DNA of 64,000 bases from a virus: IMG/VR virus record IMGVR_UViG_3300022188_000006, positions 1 to 64,000 of that record. One strand, 5' to 3'. Made by a program: the position numbers and the translations under genes. Shown here in pieces: positions 47,146 to 56,518 of the stretch. Positions within the stretch are counted from its first letter, which is position 1; each line of letters starts with the position of its first letter. The notes under the pieces were generated by a model, which saw only the letters and a list, made by a program, of their open reading frames with translations, searched no databases and was not told the origin of the DNA.

Positions 47146-48768
47146 TCAAATGCTTAACTTGTATCCCATGCAGTAGATATCCGCACGATCATAGCTGTCG
47201 CCGCACCTGAAATAAAAGACAGAGCCTCTGAGAGTAAGAGGCGGAACGCTTGCCTTGATACTCCAGTTTCCAGAGGTAACGGCGTCTCCCTGCTGAATAA
47301 CCGCATAAAAGTTTCCTGCAGAGTCGGCAGACAAATAGAGAGCAGTTCCCGTCGAGGTATTACCAGTCGGAATGCGACTCCAGCCCCACAAGTGAATCTG
47401 CGATGTAATCCAGACCGGCGCGGCAGGGCTTACAGCCACAGAGGTGTAAGACGTAGCGTTGACACTTGAAGCAAGAAGCTGTGTCTGAATCTGAACATCC
47501 CGATTTATCTGCCGGAACCAAACGAAATTACTACCTCCATTGTTGCGCACCGCACCAAGCAGCCGCTTAGCCGTGTAGCCGGCAGGCAACGTCGGCGATG
47601 TGTAAGAGGTAGACAGCAGACCTGCTGCATTGCTGCCATCCCAAATCAGGTAGATGTAGTACCAGGTATTCGCAGCCTCGGAACCTGTATCGAGACCATT
47701 TGCACCAGAAGTCGTGATATCGACCGTGATATCGGAACTCAGGTTAACGACTTGACTTCCGTCATCGAGGCCAACCTTTGACCCAGACTTTATGACCACT
47801 TGGTTGTTGTTATCACAACGTATCTCCAGGTCCTGAGTAAAACCAGCTATGATATTCGGGTCTCCGCCACCGGAAGCTGACCCCGTCACCGCCTGGAACT
47901 TGATGACCTCTATCTTCTCACTTGTACTCGTGATCGCGTTTGTGAGCGTAATACTGTTCGTACTGGTCTCAGTGTAATCCTGCGTGGCAATCTGAACATT
48001 TCCGTTGCGCCGCACCTCAATCTGGTGGATACCCTGAACATACGAGAAGGAGAGGTTCAGCACGGTGGTTCCAACGGCCATGTTCTGAAACAACTGGTAA
48101 TCAACGGCAACGTCCGAGACACCTTTCAGGGCGTAGACTTCGATGACCTCCCCAGAAGCTGCAGGCTCTGCAAGGGTCACAACGCTTGAACTGGTCTTCG
48201 TGTACTCGTCCTGATTGAGGACCTGGCCGTTCTTCGTCACGATAATCGCGTGACCAGTGTCATAGCTGATGCTGGCCAGAGTTACAACGGTCTGGCCGGC
48301 AGTCATCACTTGCTTTTCAGATACAAGCACGGACGGCGTGGTAGTACTCCCTCCTCCACCGCCGCCACCTTTGCTTAGGAACTCACGCGCATCCGTAATG
48401 TCAGCTGCATCAATGACGACCGAAGCGGATTCATCTATCTTGATAATAGCTATCGCCAGCTTGTCGGAGGGAAAAGCCGGAGCATTGGCAAAAGGACTTC
48501 CGGAGCCAGCCGTAACTTCGCTTCCCTGGGCAACCGCCAAATTGCCGCTGTCGTCGACAACCAACAGGTCATATCGCTCCTTGCCAGCACCAGAAACTGC
48601 CGCAAAAGCCGGACTGGTTGTAGGACTCGTGATTTCAACAAAGCCGGACCCGTCGCTCTTGACATGCTTTCCGGGCGAGACAATCACCGTCGCATTAGCC
48701 GTGGGCTGCGGCCTGACGAAATAATCCGCAACAAGAGCGAGGCGTAGTGGATGAACTCTGGAATCCAT
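47146..48768 (-). CDS. tail fibre: scaffold repeats fused to a tip module
   Basis: RYDL domain, two QTV repeats and the conserved tip domain. Confidence 0.8.
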   Translation of the reverse strand: MDSRVHPLRLALVADYFVRPQPTANATVIVSPGKHVKSDGSGFVEITSPTTSPAFAAVSGAGKERYDLLVVDDSGNLAVAQGSEVTAGSGSPFANAPAFPSDKLAIAIIKIDESASVVIDAADITDAREFLSKGGGGGGGSTTTPSVLVSEKQVMTAGQTVVTLASISYDTGHAIIVTKNGQVLNQDEYTKTSSSVVTLAEPAASGEVIEVYALKGVSDVAVDYQLFQNMAVGTTVLNLSFSYVQGIHQIEVRRNGNVQIATQDYTETSTNSITLTNAITSTSEKIEVIKFQAVTGSASGGGDPNIIAGFTQDLEIRCDNNNQVVIKSGSKVGLDDGSQVVNLSSDITVDITTSGANGLDTGSEAANTWYYIYLIWDGSNAAGLLSTSYTSPTLPAGYTAKRLLGAVRNNGGSNFVWFRQINRDVQIQTQLLASSVNATSYTSVAVSPAAPVWITSQIHLWGWSRIPTGNTSTGTALYLSADSAGNFYAVIQQGDAVTSGNWSIKASVPPLTLRGSVFYFRCGDSYDRADIYCMGYKLSI

Positions 48769-48789
48769 GTCGCGTTTTCCTTTTCGCGA

Positions 48790-49572
48790 TTACAGCATCA
48801 ACTGGAATCCAACGACTTCCAGGCTGAGAGTATCATTGTCGGCTGTATTGGCCTGGAAGTAAACGTTGCCGTCGATATTCGGCAACTCGACGTATCCAGC
48901 CAGTCTCTTCACGTGCGGACCAACGGCAGATCCGAGACCGCCGATCTCCGTCATTACGTCCACCGTACCTATGCCGTTCGCACTCGCCGAAAGTCGGACA
49001 CCTACATCGTCAGAAGAATCCGGCGCCACATCCTCAATCAAAACCTTCAGTGAGTAGTAACTTGTAACGGGCACTGGAAGTCCAGGATTGAGAGCGGCTG
49101 TAGCAGGAGCACCAGCGGGAGGAATCGACATATTTGCCAGAATGACCTGTGGCAGTGTGCTTACCCGCGCATTCATCTGTTCAAAGGCAACAAAGTTCGA
49201 GGAAGCATCATTATACACAGCCCCCACAAGACGAGCGTCCGTAAACGGCGGGGGGACCACCGGCGCGCTCGAATTGGCGCTGAGAAGTGCTGCTGCGCTC
49301 TGAGCCTGATAGTCGTAAATCAGGTAGATATAGTACCAAGTGCTTGCTGCCTCAGTGCCCTGGTCCAAGCCACCAGGTCCGGAAACCGTTGGGTCTGCAG
49401 TCAAGTCCGACGACAAGGTAACCACAGCGCGTCCCGTCGAGAGACCGATGCTGCTACCCGCGCGAATCGCCACAGAGGAAGGCCCCGTCATCGAAACGCG
49501 CAGGTTCTGAATGGTCGCGGCTACGAGGTTACCGCCGCTCAATGTCTGTCTTGGAAACAGAAGTGGCATCAC
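48790..49572 (-). CDS. divergent tail-fibre tip module
   Basis: GGLDQGTEAASTWYYIYLI...RLVGAVYN. Confidence 0.75.
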   Translation of the reverse strand: MMPLLFPRQTLSGGNLVAATIQNLRVSMTGPSSVAIRAGSSIGLSTGRAVVTLSSDLTADPTVSGPGGLDQGTEAASTWYYIYLIYDYQAQSAAALLSANSSAPVVPPPFTDARLVGAVYNDASSNFVAFEQMNARVSTLPQVILANMSIPPAGAPATAALNPGLPVPVTSYYSLKVLIEDVAPDSSDDVGVRLSASANGIGTVDVMTEIGGLGSAVGPHVKRLAGYVELPNIDGNVYFQANTADNDTLSLEVVGFQLML

Positions 49573-49578
49573 GCTTCC

Positions 49579-52500
49579 TTATGTATGAGCCAAGACACTT
49601 ATCAGGTCAAACCCGGCGGGGTAGTTCGTTGTCACCCCGTTTACATCGCGCCAGATCCGCAACAGATAACGGCACTCACCTGACTGCACATCTGCTGCCG
49701 GTATAACAAGATTGTTTGCCGCCAGATGGTAAGAAGTATCAGCCACAGCCGAAGACACGTCAATCTCTTCTTCCGCTGTCCCGTCAGGAGAAGCTTTGTT
49801 TGGCTTTACGCCGTCCGTCAGTTTCCAGTATTCCAGGTTCAAGCTAACCTGCTGCGAAGCGCCGCCGTTTGTAGGCACAGCATATCGGATATCGAGCTTG
49901 ATGTCCTTGCCGGACCAGTCGCTCGGCTTCTCGAAAGCCACCAAAGTCGCGGTATCCACAGAATTGCCGAATCTGACAGCTCGCTCCAACCCCCAGAGCG
50001 TGACATCAGATGCAGGGTTCGTGGGATCTGCGTGGAATTCAGTCAGCTCAACGTGTTCGACCCCTCGTGGCACCAAGCCGCTCTGGGCCGTTTCGTTGAT
50101 TAGCACCCAGCCATGACTGCCGCCGACATAAAGCAACGTGCCGCCAGAGTAGTTCCTGTCGACAATCAGGTTGCCGGTCTGACCGCGGATGCGCCCGCCA
50201 TTGGGGTTGATTGTGATCGTGTTTGTGGTCGCTGAGCCCGTGTGATCGACAAATCCGACCTGGTCGTAAAGATTCGGCGACCCAGGCAGTGTCAGTGTCA
50301 CGGAACCACCGGACGCATCTATCGCGTACCCGTTGCTCGGCGCCGCAGTAGTACTGGAGGATATGATCTGCCAGGTAAGTCCACCCCCGCCACCCCCACC
50401 GCCGGCACCGACGACCATCTTCAGGAACAGAACTTCCTCACCGCCGCTCATCGGTGTCGAGAAGGTGACAGTGCTCGTGTTCGTTTCAGTGTAATCGACC
50501 GTGACAGTCTGCCGGTTACCGTTGACAAAGACCCAGAGACTGTTGTCTCCCAGGTTATAGGTAAAGGCTGTGATGTTGAATACGGTCTGACCAGCGGCAG
50601 CAACCTGCCGCTCGTCGACGATTGCACCGACAGCACCAGGAGCCAGCTGGAGTACAGTAATCTGCTCCCCAGCCGCTCTCCCGGAAGTAAACACGATATT
50701 CGTCCCGGAAAAAGTGTAGTCCTCACTGGCACCGTAGTGCATGAGGATGTTCCCGGAGAATACGAGTGTCGTGTCATCTGTTGGGGTAAAGGAGAGTCCG
50801 AAAGTGGTTTGCCCGGCCGTAGCTGTGAATTCGTCCTTCGCCAAGGTAATTGAACCGCCACCACCGCCACCACTGGCCGATATTTGCAGCTTTTCGTCAC
50901 CACCAGAGTTGAGCACGCTCAACGAAACGTTGCTGCCTGCAACGATCTTCTGTTGCAGGTAGCCCTTCGTGGTATCGCTGGAGGTAACCTTGACCATCTC
51001 GCCGGTGCCACCAACACCGAAGTACTCCCGAACATCGGTCACGTCGGCAGCTTCGATAACCGGATTGACGGTCTCGTTGACACGGACAATCGCAATCCCG
51101 AGCTTGTCTTCGTCAGGCGCCGGAGCGTTTGTAAACGGGTTTCCTGCACCGACGACTTCGCTTCCCTGTTTGATAGATAGAATCGCCGAATCACTAATTT
51201 GAACCAGGTCGTAGCGCGTGTGTCCAGCTGCTGTCACTGCCGAGAAAGGCCCAACAGACGCAGCCGAAGCCAACTCTGCGTAGCCGGAGCGGTCGGACTT
51301 GACGTAACGACCGCTCTCGATCCGAATGCTGTTGTCGGGACTGGCCTGGGCGTGCGGACGCAGCCAAAGGGCAGAGAAATAGTTCTGCAACGCATTGGCT
51401 GCCATGCCGATATTCAAGAACTCGCGGACGTCGGTAATGTCCTCGGCATCGATCTGGACACCGCCTGTCTCGTTGACACGAATAATGGCCAAAGCCAACT
51501 TGTCGCCATCGGGCGAAGGCGCGTTGACGTAGGGGTCTCCCGGGCCAGCAACCTCAGAGCCGGTCTTGATAGCGATGTTGCCGCCGTCGTCGATGCTGAC
51601 CAGATCGTAGCGGACATTGCCAGAAGTGGATACAGGCCCGAAACTTCCAGATGTTGTCCTAGTAGAGAGTTGCTTTATCGCAGACCTGTCAGAGACCGTC
51701 CAAACACCCGGTTTGATGTCGATGGTATCAGCAAGAGGATCGCTCGGAACCGGTTGTAGATTTCCGGTCCTCGCCAAGATATCCGGCAGGTAGGTCAACC
51801 CGTCGCTAAGGATAGGCCGCAAATCGTCGATATCAGGCGGATTGATAGGATCTTGCCCGTCATAGCGGCGGATCCTAGCTATCTGGAAGGTGTAGTGCTG
51901 GTTGCCATCGCTGTCGACGTAGTCAGGAAAGTGCTCTGAACCCTCTTTGATGTAGATGTTCTGCACCAGCTTCATGCGCAGCTGGGCGCATACCTGAGTA
52001 GACAGATTGTGCCGGAGGTTTGGATCGTCCTCGCAGTCAATCTCGTCCAGATAGACGTTCAGGAACACGCCATCTACCCGGTTGCTCCCGGACGGCGTCA
52101 GCAGCTCGATGCGATAGTGGTCCCCAACCTGGGCCACAGTGGTAGCGTCGCCATCGAGGACCATCTCCGTCTGCGTATTACTGACGACTTGGAACGTCGA
52201 ACCCGGCTGGGTGATATCCGGCGTAACAAACTTCCCGACGTGCTCGTTGGTGTCCCAGTTCGCCGCGCTGTCACTCAGAATCGTTTGATTCGGCCCGGAC
52301 TGGTAGCTGATAGCCGTAATTCTCGGATGCAGGGACTTTCCGTCCTCGGAAGCACCGTCGTTCTTGTAGCTTGTTGCCCCGTACAAAAGGCAGCGATGGC
52401 CGGACAAGAAGAACCTCCCGGCACCATCCGCTGTTCCATCTCCACCAAGAATGTGAAAATCATTATCCAGGCCGACGCCGACGCACTTGAATCCGTCCTT

Positions 52501-52674
52501 AACCGCGCCGTCACCAAGCAGCTGCTCGATTCGGCGCATCAGTGTATAGTGTGACTCTTGAGCGTCGTTGTCATCCGCGTCCACCCAGGGGATGCCCTGT
52601 TGTACGCGGCGCATGACATACCGAAGCTGCTCGTTGAACATCAACCGACTATAATTGCCGTGCGAGGCACCCAT
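49579..52674 (-). CDS. large baseplate/tail-fibre anchor protein (DUF6519-like N-terminus)
   Basis: QQGIPWVDADDN, DPNL, repeated RYDL and QTVF domains, gp9/10-like domain. Confidence 0.8.
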   Translation of the reverse strand: MGASHGNYSRLMFNEQLRYVMRRVQQGIPWVDADDNDAQESHYTLMRRIEQLLGDGAVKDGFKCVGVGLDNDFHILGGDGTADGAGRFFLSGHRCLLYGATSYKNDGASEDGKSLHPRITAISYQSGPNQTILSDSAANWDTNEHVGKFVTPDITQPGSTFQVVSNTQTEMVLDGDATTVAQVGDHYRIELLTPSGSNRVDGVFLNVYLDEIDCEDDPNLRHNLSTQVCAQLRMKLVQNIYIKEGSEHFPDYVDSDGNQHYTFQIARIRRYDGQDPINPPDIDDLRPILSDGLTYLPDILARTGNLQPVPSDPLADTIDIKPGVWTVSDRSAIKQLSTRTTSGSFGPVSTSGNVRYDLVSIDDGGNIAIKTGSEVAGPGDPYVNAPSPDGDKLALAIIRVNETGGVQIDAEDITDVREFLNIGMAANALQNYFSALWLRPHAQASPDNSIRIESGRYVKSDRSGYAELASAASVGPFSAVTAAGHTRYDLVQISDSAILSIKQGSEVVGAGNPFTNAPAPDEDKLGIAIVRVNETVNPVIEAADVTDVREYFGVGGTGEMVKVTSSDTTKGYLQQKIVAGSNVSLSVLNSGGDEKLQISASGGGGGGSITLAKDEFTATAGQTTFGLSFTPTDDTTLVFSGNILMHYGASEDYTFSGTNIVFTSGRAAGEQITVLQLAPGAVGAIVDERQVAAAGQTVFNITAFTYNLGDNSLWVFVNGNRQTVTVDYTETNTSTVTFSTPMSGGEEVLFLKMVVGAGGGGGGGGLTWQIISSSTTAAPSNGYAIDASGGSVTLTLPGSPNLYDQVGFVDHTGSATTNTITINPNGGRIRGQTGNLIVDRNYSGGTLLYVGGSHGWVLINETAQSGLVPRGVEHVELTEFHADPTNPASDVTLWGLERAVRFGNSVDTATLVAFEKPSDWSGKDIKLDIRYAVPTNGGASQQVSLNLEYWKLTDGVKPNKASPDGTAEEEIDVSSAVADTSYHLAANNLVIPAADVQSGECRYLLRIWRDVNGVTTNYPAGFDLISVLAHT

Positions 52675-52745
52675 CCGGCTCTCTCCTTGAACAGGCGAAC
52701 GCTACAGTCGCCAAAGCGCAAACCTACCAGGGCGCGCCTACTGAT

Positions 52746-52774
52746 AGTATATTGATAGCAGGCACGCGAATCAA
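52746..52774 (-). promoter_or_regulatory. sigma70-like promoter TTGATT-N17-TATACT
   Basis: Hexamers in the intergenic gap upstream of the fibre array. Confidence 0.6.
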
Positions 52775-52787
52775 CAACGGGACCGCT

Positions 52788-53639
52788 TTACACGCGAAGC
52801 ACAATATCAATGAAGCGCACGATCTTTATCGTGGGATCCTTCCAGATACGATTGTGGTGAATCAGGTCCACCATCAGCCCGCTATCAGTAGTGGCTGTTG
52901 CTGTGCCGCCAAATAGCCCCTGCTCCCGAATATACTTGAAATTAAAGGGATCGGACGGATTCCCGTAATCCCATGTCGTGCGTATCTCGATGACGTTTGT
53001 TGGATCTATAGAGACTTCGGGAACGAACTCGTATTCGGTAGTAGAATCGACAGGGGCCGAGAAGGGTGTCGCTACAGTAATTTCACCGGTCTCCTGAACA
53101 TAGCTCGAAACCACGCGACTCTCCCCGGCATTCGTACCAGCAGTGATTTCTACAGTCATCCCATCGAAGAAACCGTCCGGCTCGAATCTCCCAACCAAAC
53201 CGCAGCCGTCCACACGCGAAGGGTCCACGATAGTCGACGACGTACCGCTCTGCGCCTTGCCCTGGCCCCACTTCAGGTAAGAAATCCCGTCCGGCTGCAA
53301 TCGACTCACTTCGCTCTGCAGAGTGGTCGCAAATTTGGATGGGTCAGGAATGCCAGAAGTATCCCAGGCACTGTCACCGACGCCAATAGCGTGAAACAAA
53401 ATTCCGCCAAGGAAAGAAGGATCACCGGCAAGTAACCCGGCAACTAGAACAGTAAAGGGCTGGACAATGATGTTGTGGTTCTTCTTGGTTTTCTCGACAA
53501 GGGCTTCGGAACCGTCCTCCGTCCGCTTCCACACCTCGTCGTACCAGATACCGCGGCACATGCGAGCATCTGCAATCTCGCGCTTCGCCTGGCCACCGGC
53601 CTGCATTTGCTCAAGTCTGCGTCTCATATTTCCCTCCAT
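52788..53639 (-). CDS. baseplate/tail collar-like protein
   Basis: HNIIV...AIGVG...LQSEVSR...IREQGLFGG. Confidence 0.7.
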   Translation of the reverse strand: MEGNMRRRLEQMQAGGQAKREIADARMCRGIWYDEVWKRTEDGSEALVEKTKKNHNIIVQPFTVLVAGLLAGDPSFLGGILFHAIGVGDSAWDTSGIPDPSKFATTLQSEVSRLQPDGISYLKWGQGKAQSGTSSTIVDPSRVDGCGLVGRFEPDGFFDGMTVEITAGTNAGESRVVSSYVQETGEITVATPFSAPVDSTTEYEFVPEVSIDPTNVIEIRTTWDYGNPSDPFNFKYIREQGLFGGTATATTDSGLMVDLIHHNRIWKDPTIKIVRFIDIVLRV

Positions 53640-55525
53640 TAGGGCCTAACATAGGCACTTATGTAGTAGTGGCCGTCCACGGTAGTAATAGGTGGACTTC
53701 CCTCAATCACGATATTGGATGTCAGCAGCCTGTCCGTAACAAGATCCTGCCAGAAGTCGATCACTCTCTTGGAGAGGTCGAAGAGACTCAGGTAATAGCC
53801 CAAGGCACCTTGTATCGGTGCGCCCGACCGCATCCCACAGGCGCCCTCGTCGTCCGCCGAGATTAGGAATACGTCCGCCCACTCCCCCTTCACATCATAG
53901 ATTTCAGTATGTGTTGTCCAAATCTCGGTCTTGGCGCTATCTTCCCCATTCTTTGGGAAATCCGTGTACTCGGGATAATGGCAATCGACCGCTGTCATCA
54001 CGGGCACCGTACAGGCAGGCACCGCCTCCCGCATTGTTCTGCACAGCTTTTCTACCGTCTCTCTCAGAAGTGGCTTGTTGCAGATGATAGTGCCCGTACA
54101 CCCCGGCCTATCGTTCCCGAGTGTAAAGAAATAACCAAGCCGCTCACAACGATAGTAAGTGCCGTAGAACTGCTCCGGCATAATTTCTATGCCGACAATC
54201 TCCGGATTTCCAAGCCATGTCGACTCGACCAGGATACGCCAATCCGTGTGCGGTTCCAACCCGTCTGTCTCTATCTCGAAATCTCTCCAGACACCGATTG
54301 TTCCTTTATCCGCAAGCGACGTAGCCTGGATAAAGATGTTGTTCCCGCTCGCGAACTTACCGGCGAGAAGTCGCATCTGGCCCTGCCACTCGTCCAAGAC
54401 ATAATCCGTTCCGGCGGTCTTTAGGTCAGTACTGACCTGACGGACACGTGAGAGAATGGGAATGCCGTGCGGCTCGCCCACCGGGGTAGTGAAGGTAACG
54501 ATATTACCCTCTACCTCTTTCACCTGGAAGTACGCCGTCACGCCCTGACCGCTGATCTCGATCCAGTCGTCCTTGGAAAGCCCCCCGGCATCTGAAAGCG
54601 TCGCCTGCGTGTCGCCGAACTCAAGAGTCTTGGCAAGCTCGGTGTCTACAGCCTGGTAGCCAGTTACTTCGTAGACTTCGGCAGCAGGAATTGGCGACAC
54701 GGGTACATAGCGCATGTAAATCGTCTGGTCGTTGCCATCGGCCTCTATGAGGAACTGCGTGAGACTCTTGGTGTCGCCATAGCGGTAGTCGCCAGCGTCG
54801 ACCCAGTTGCTACCGTCGAACCACTGCAGCTTCCATCTGTCCAACCCCCACCCACTGCGCAACCGTATGAGCGTCGGAACGATAGGCTCGTGCCAATGAT
54901 AAGCCCACCAAGCAGGAGAAACAGTATCGGCAACCCAAGACGTGTCCTCGCGGTTATCCAGCGCGCGCCAGGCCTCATGACCCACGACACTACCGGACGT
55001 GTATTCTGCACCCCTTCTGAGCGTGTCCTGCCAAGCGTAATCGTAGGAGAACGCTGTCTGGTCCCCGGGAAGCCTAAAAACGGTAGCCGCCGTACCTTGG
55101 TTGTCGGCAGAAACGGAATACTGGCGCGAAGATGTCTTGATGTTCTTCCAGAACTCGACAATGTCCGTCTGCAGGCGAGATATGCGATACCCATGTATCC
55201 TGCACCCGACAACGGTGCCTTTGCGCTTGTACCACTGGACTGCGCCCTTGATCTCCTCTCTCTGCTGAGAAATAGGCAGCTCTTGGTTGAACTGGACTCC
55301 GACAAGTGCCGCCATCAGCGGCAGAAAATCGGCATCGGTCTGATCGACGTCGATCATCACCGGCATCGCATCGAGCAGACCCTTTATTTCGTCGAACTTC
55401 GGCCCAAAAATCTTCAGGAACCGTCGCAACTGCCCGTACTTGACCGAGCCGTCCTCGGCCGGATTAAACACCTCGCCGTCAGACGCTGCCACTGGTACCA
55501 GACTGGTCAGGTCCTCGAAAGCCAT
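53639..55525 (-). CDS. phage tail/baseplate protein (P2 gpI-like N-terminus)
   Basis: FLPLMAALVG...QREEIK.AVQWYKRKGT. Confidence 0.8.
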   Translation of the reverse strand: MAFEDLTSLVPVAASDGEVFNPAEDGSVKYGQLRRFLKIFGPKFDEIKGLLDAMPVMIDVDQTDADFLPLMAALVGVQFNQELPISQQREEIKGAVQWYKRKGTVVGCRIHGYRISRLQTDIVEFWKNIKTSSRQYSVSADNQGTAATVFRLPGDQTAFSYDYAWQDTLRRGAEYTSGSVVGHEAWRALDNREDTSWVADTVSPAWWAYHWHEPIVPTLIRLRSGWGLDRWKLQWFDGSNWVDAGDYRYGDTKSLTQFLIEADGNDQTIYMRYVPVSPIPAAEVYEVTGYQAVDTELAKTLEFGDTQATLSDAGGLSKDDWIEISGQGVTAYFQVKEVEGNIVTFTTPVGEPHGIPILSRVRQVSTDLKTAGTDYVLDEWQGQMRLLAGKFASGNNIFIQATSLADKGTIGVWRDFEIETDGLEPHTDWRILVESTWLGNPEIVGIEIMPEQFYGTYYRCERLGYFFTLGNDRPGCTGTIICNKPLLRETVEKLCRTMREAVPACTVPVMTAVDCHYPEYTDFPKNGEDSAKTEIWTTHTEIYDVKGEWADVFLISADDEGACGMRSGAPIQGALGYYLSLFDLSKRVIDFWQDLVTDRLLTSNIVIEGSPPITTVDGHYYISAYVRP

Positions 55526-56004
55526 CAGGCGCCATCCTGTTCATGGTAGACATTGGGCAAGAGCCGCCACATCTTGTGCTCGAAGTAACCAGTCGGGATC
55601 GCGAAAGCCTTGCCCTTGTACTTATTGTCGAGCACCCACACACCGTCAGCCGCACGACGCGCGAACAAGCAGTAGTAATAAACCTGGTATGCCTCGCAGT
55701 CCATGTCGGCGTAACTGAATGTAGAGAACGGACGTTCCTCGTCTACAAGGATAAGGCCGTCCTGGATGTTGCGCGGCCATTCACCCCACTTGCGGACGAG
55801 GCAAATCCTGTCAGGACTCACCGGCGGCAAGTTCCAGTTAATGACAATCTGTGGACCCTCGTATCCTCGACGCACGCAAAACGGCAGTTCCGTCGGACCT
55901 AGCGGCTGCCCGGGAACGCTGTCCGTCCGACGACTGCGAAGTCCGCGGTCACCAGATGGAACAGCTATTCTGTCTATACTTCTGCGACTACGCAGCTGGG
56001 CCAC
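55525..56004 (-). CDS. FN3-like baseplate accessory protein
   Basis: INWNLP...P....DG...YYYCLF; LLPNVY. Confidence 0.6.
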   Translation of the reverse strand: MAQLRSRRSIDRIAVPSGDRGLRSRRTDSVPGQPLGPTELPFCVRRGYEGPQIVINWNLPPVSPDRICLVRKWGEWPRNIQDGLILVDEERPFSTFSYADMDCEAYQVYYYCLFARRAADGVWVLDNKYKGKAFAIPTGYFEHKMWRLLPNVYHEQDGA

Positions 56005-56518
56005 GCCATTCCCTCAACACTTTTTCTCTGTGCTCACGCGCGATGTCGTTAAGTCTTTGCAAGACTTGACGCGCTTCTGCGACCTCATTATCGTCAATGC
56101 CAAGCATCTTTGCGAAGGCCAGCACTGTGTTTGTGCTTTCTTCGAGCTGGCCAAGCAGCTTCCAAGACCGGCGCCGGTACTTTTCCTTTTTCCCTTCTGG
56201 AACTCTTCCCTTGGAAATTGCAAATACTGCTGGAGTCATTGCGATCGCGCCCAAGGCCCGGCACTTAGGACAAGACGGCGTAAGCTCCTCTGAGCCAGGG
56301 ACAAACACTTCACCACACGCACGACACCTCCATCTGACTTCCGCTTGCCTGCCGATTCGACTCTCGGAAACGGACGCTGGGGCAACGCGACCGGTCATCT
56401 CCACACCTTTCCCGCCACAAAGCGGGCAACGCATGGCCAGAGTCTTTACCTCGGCATTTATCGCGAAGGTACGCTGACAGACCTCACAGGTATATCTTAC
56501 AGTGGTTCGTGACTTCAT
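55988..56518 (-). CDS. double zinc-ribbon protein
   Basis: Four CxxC pairs. Confidence 0.7.
   Translation of the reverse strand: MKSRTTVRYTCEVCQRTFAINAEVKTLAMRCPLCGGKGVEMTGRVAPASVSESRIGRQAEVRWRCRACGEVFVPGSEELTPSCPKCRALGAIAMTPAVFAISKGRVPEGKKEKYRRRSWKLLGQLEESTNTVLAFAKMLGIDDNEVAEARQVLQRLNDIAREHREKVLREWRGPAA

Noticed and set aside
35739-49572. Diversity-generating retroelement
   Set aside because: No reverse transcriptase in the window; repeat differences are largely synonymous and not adenine-specific.
35739-49572. Invertible shufflon
   Set aside because: All modules are in the same orientation with no adjacent invertase; the only serine recombinase is the IS607 TnpA.
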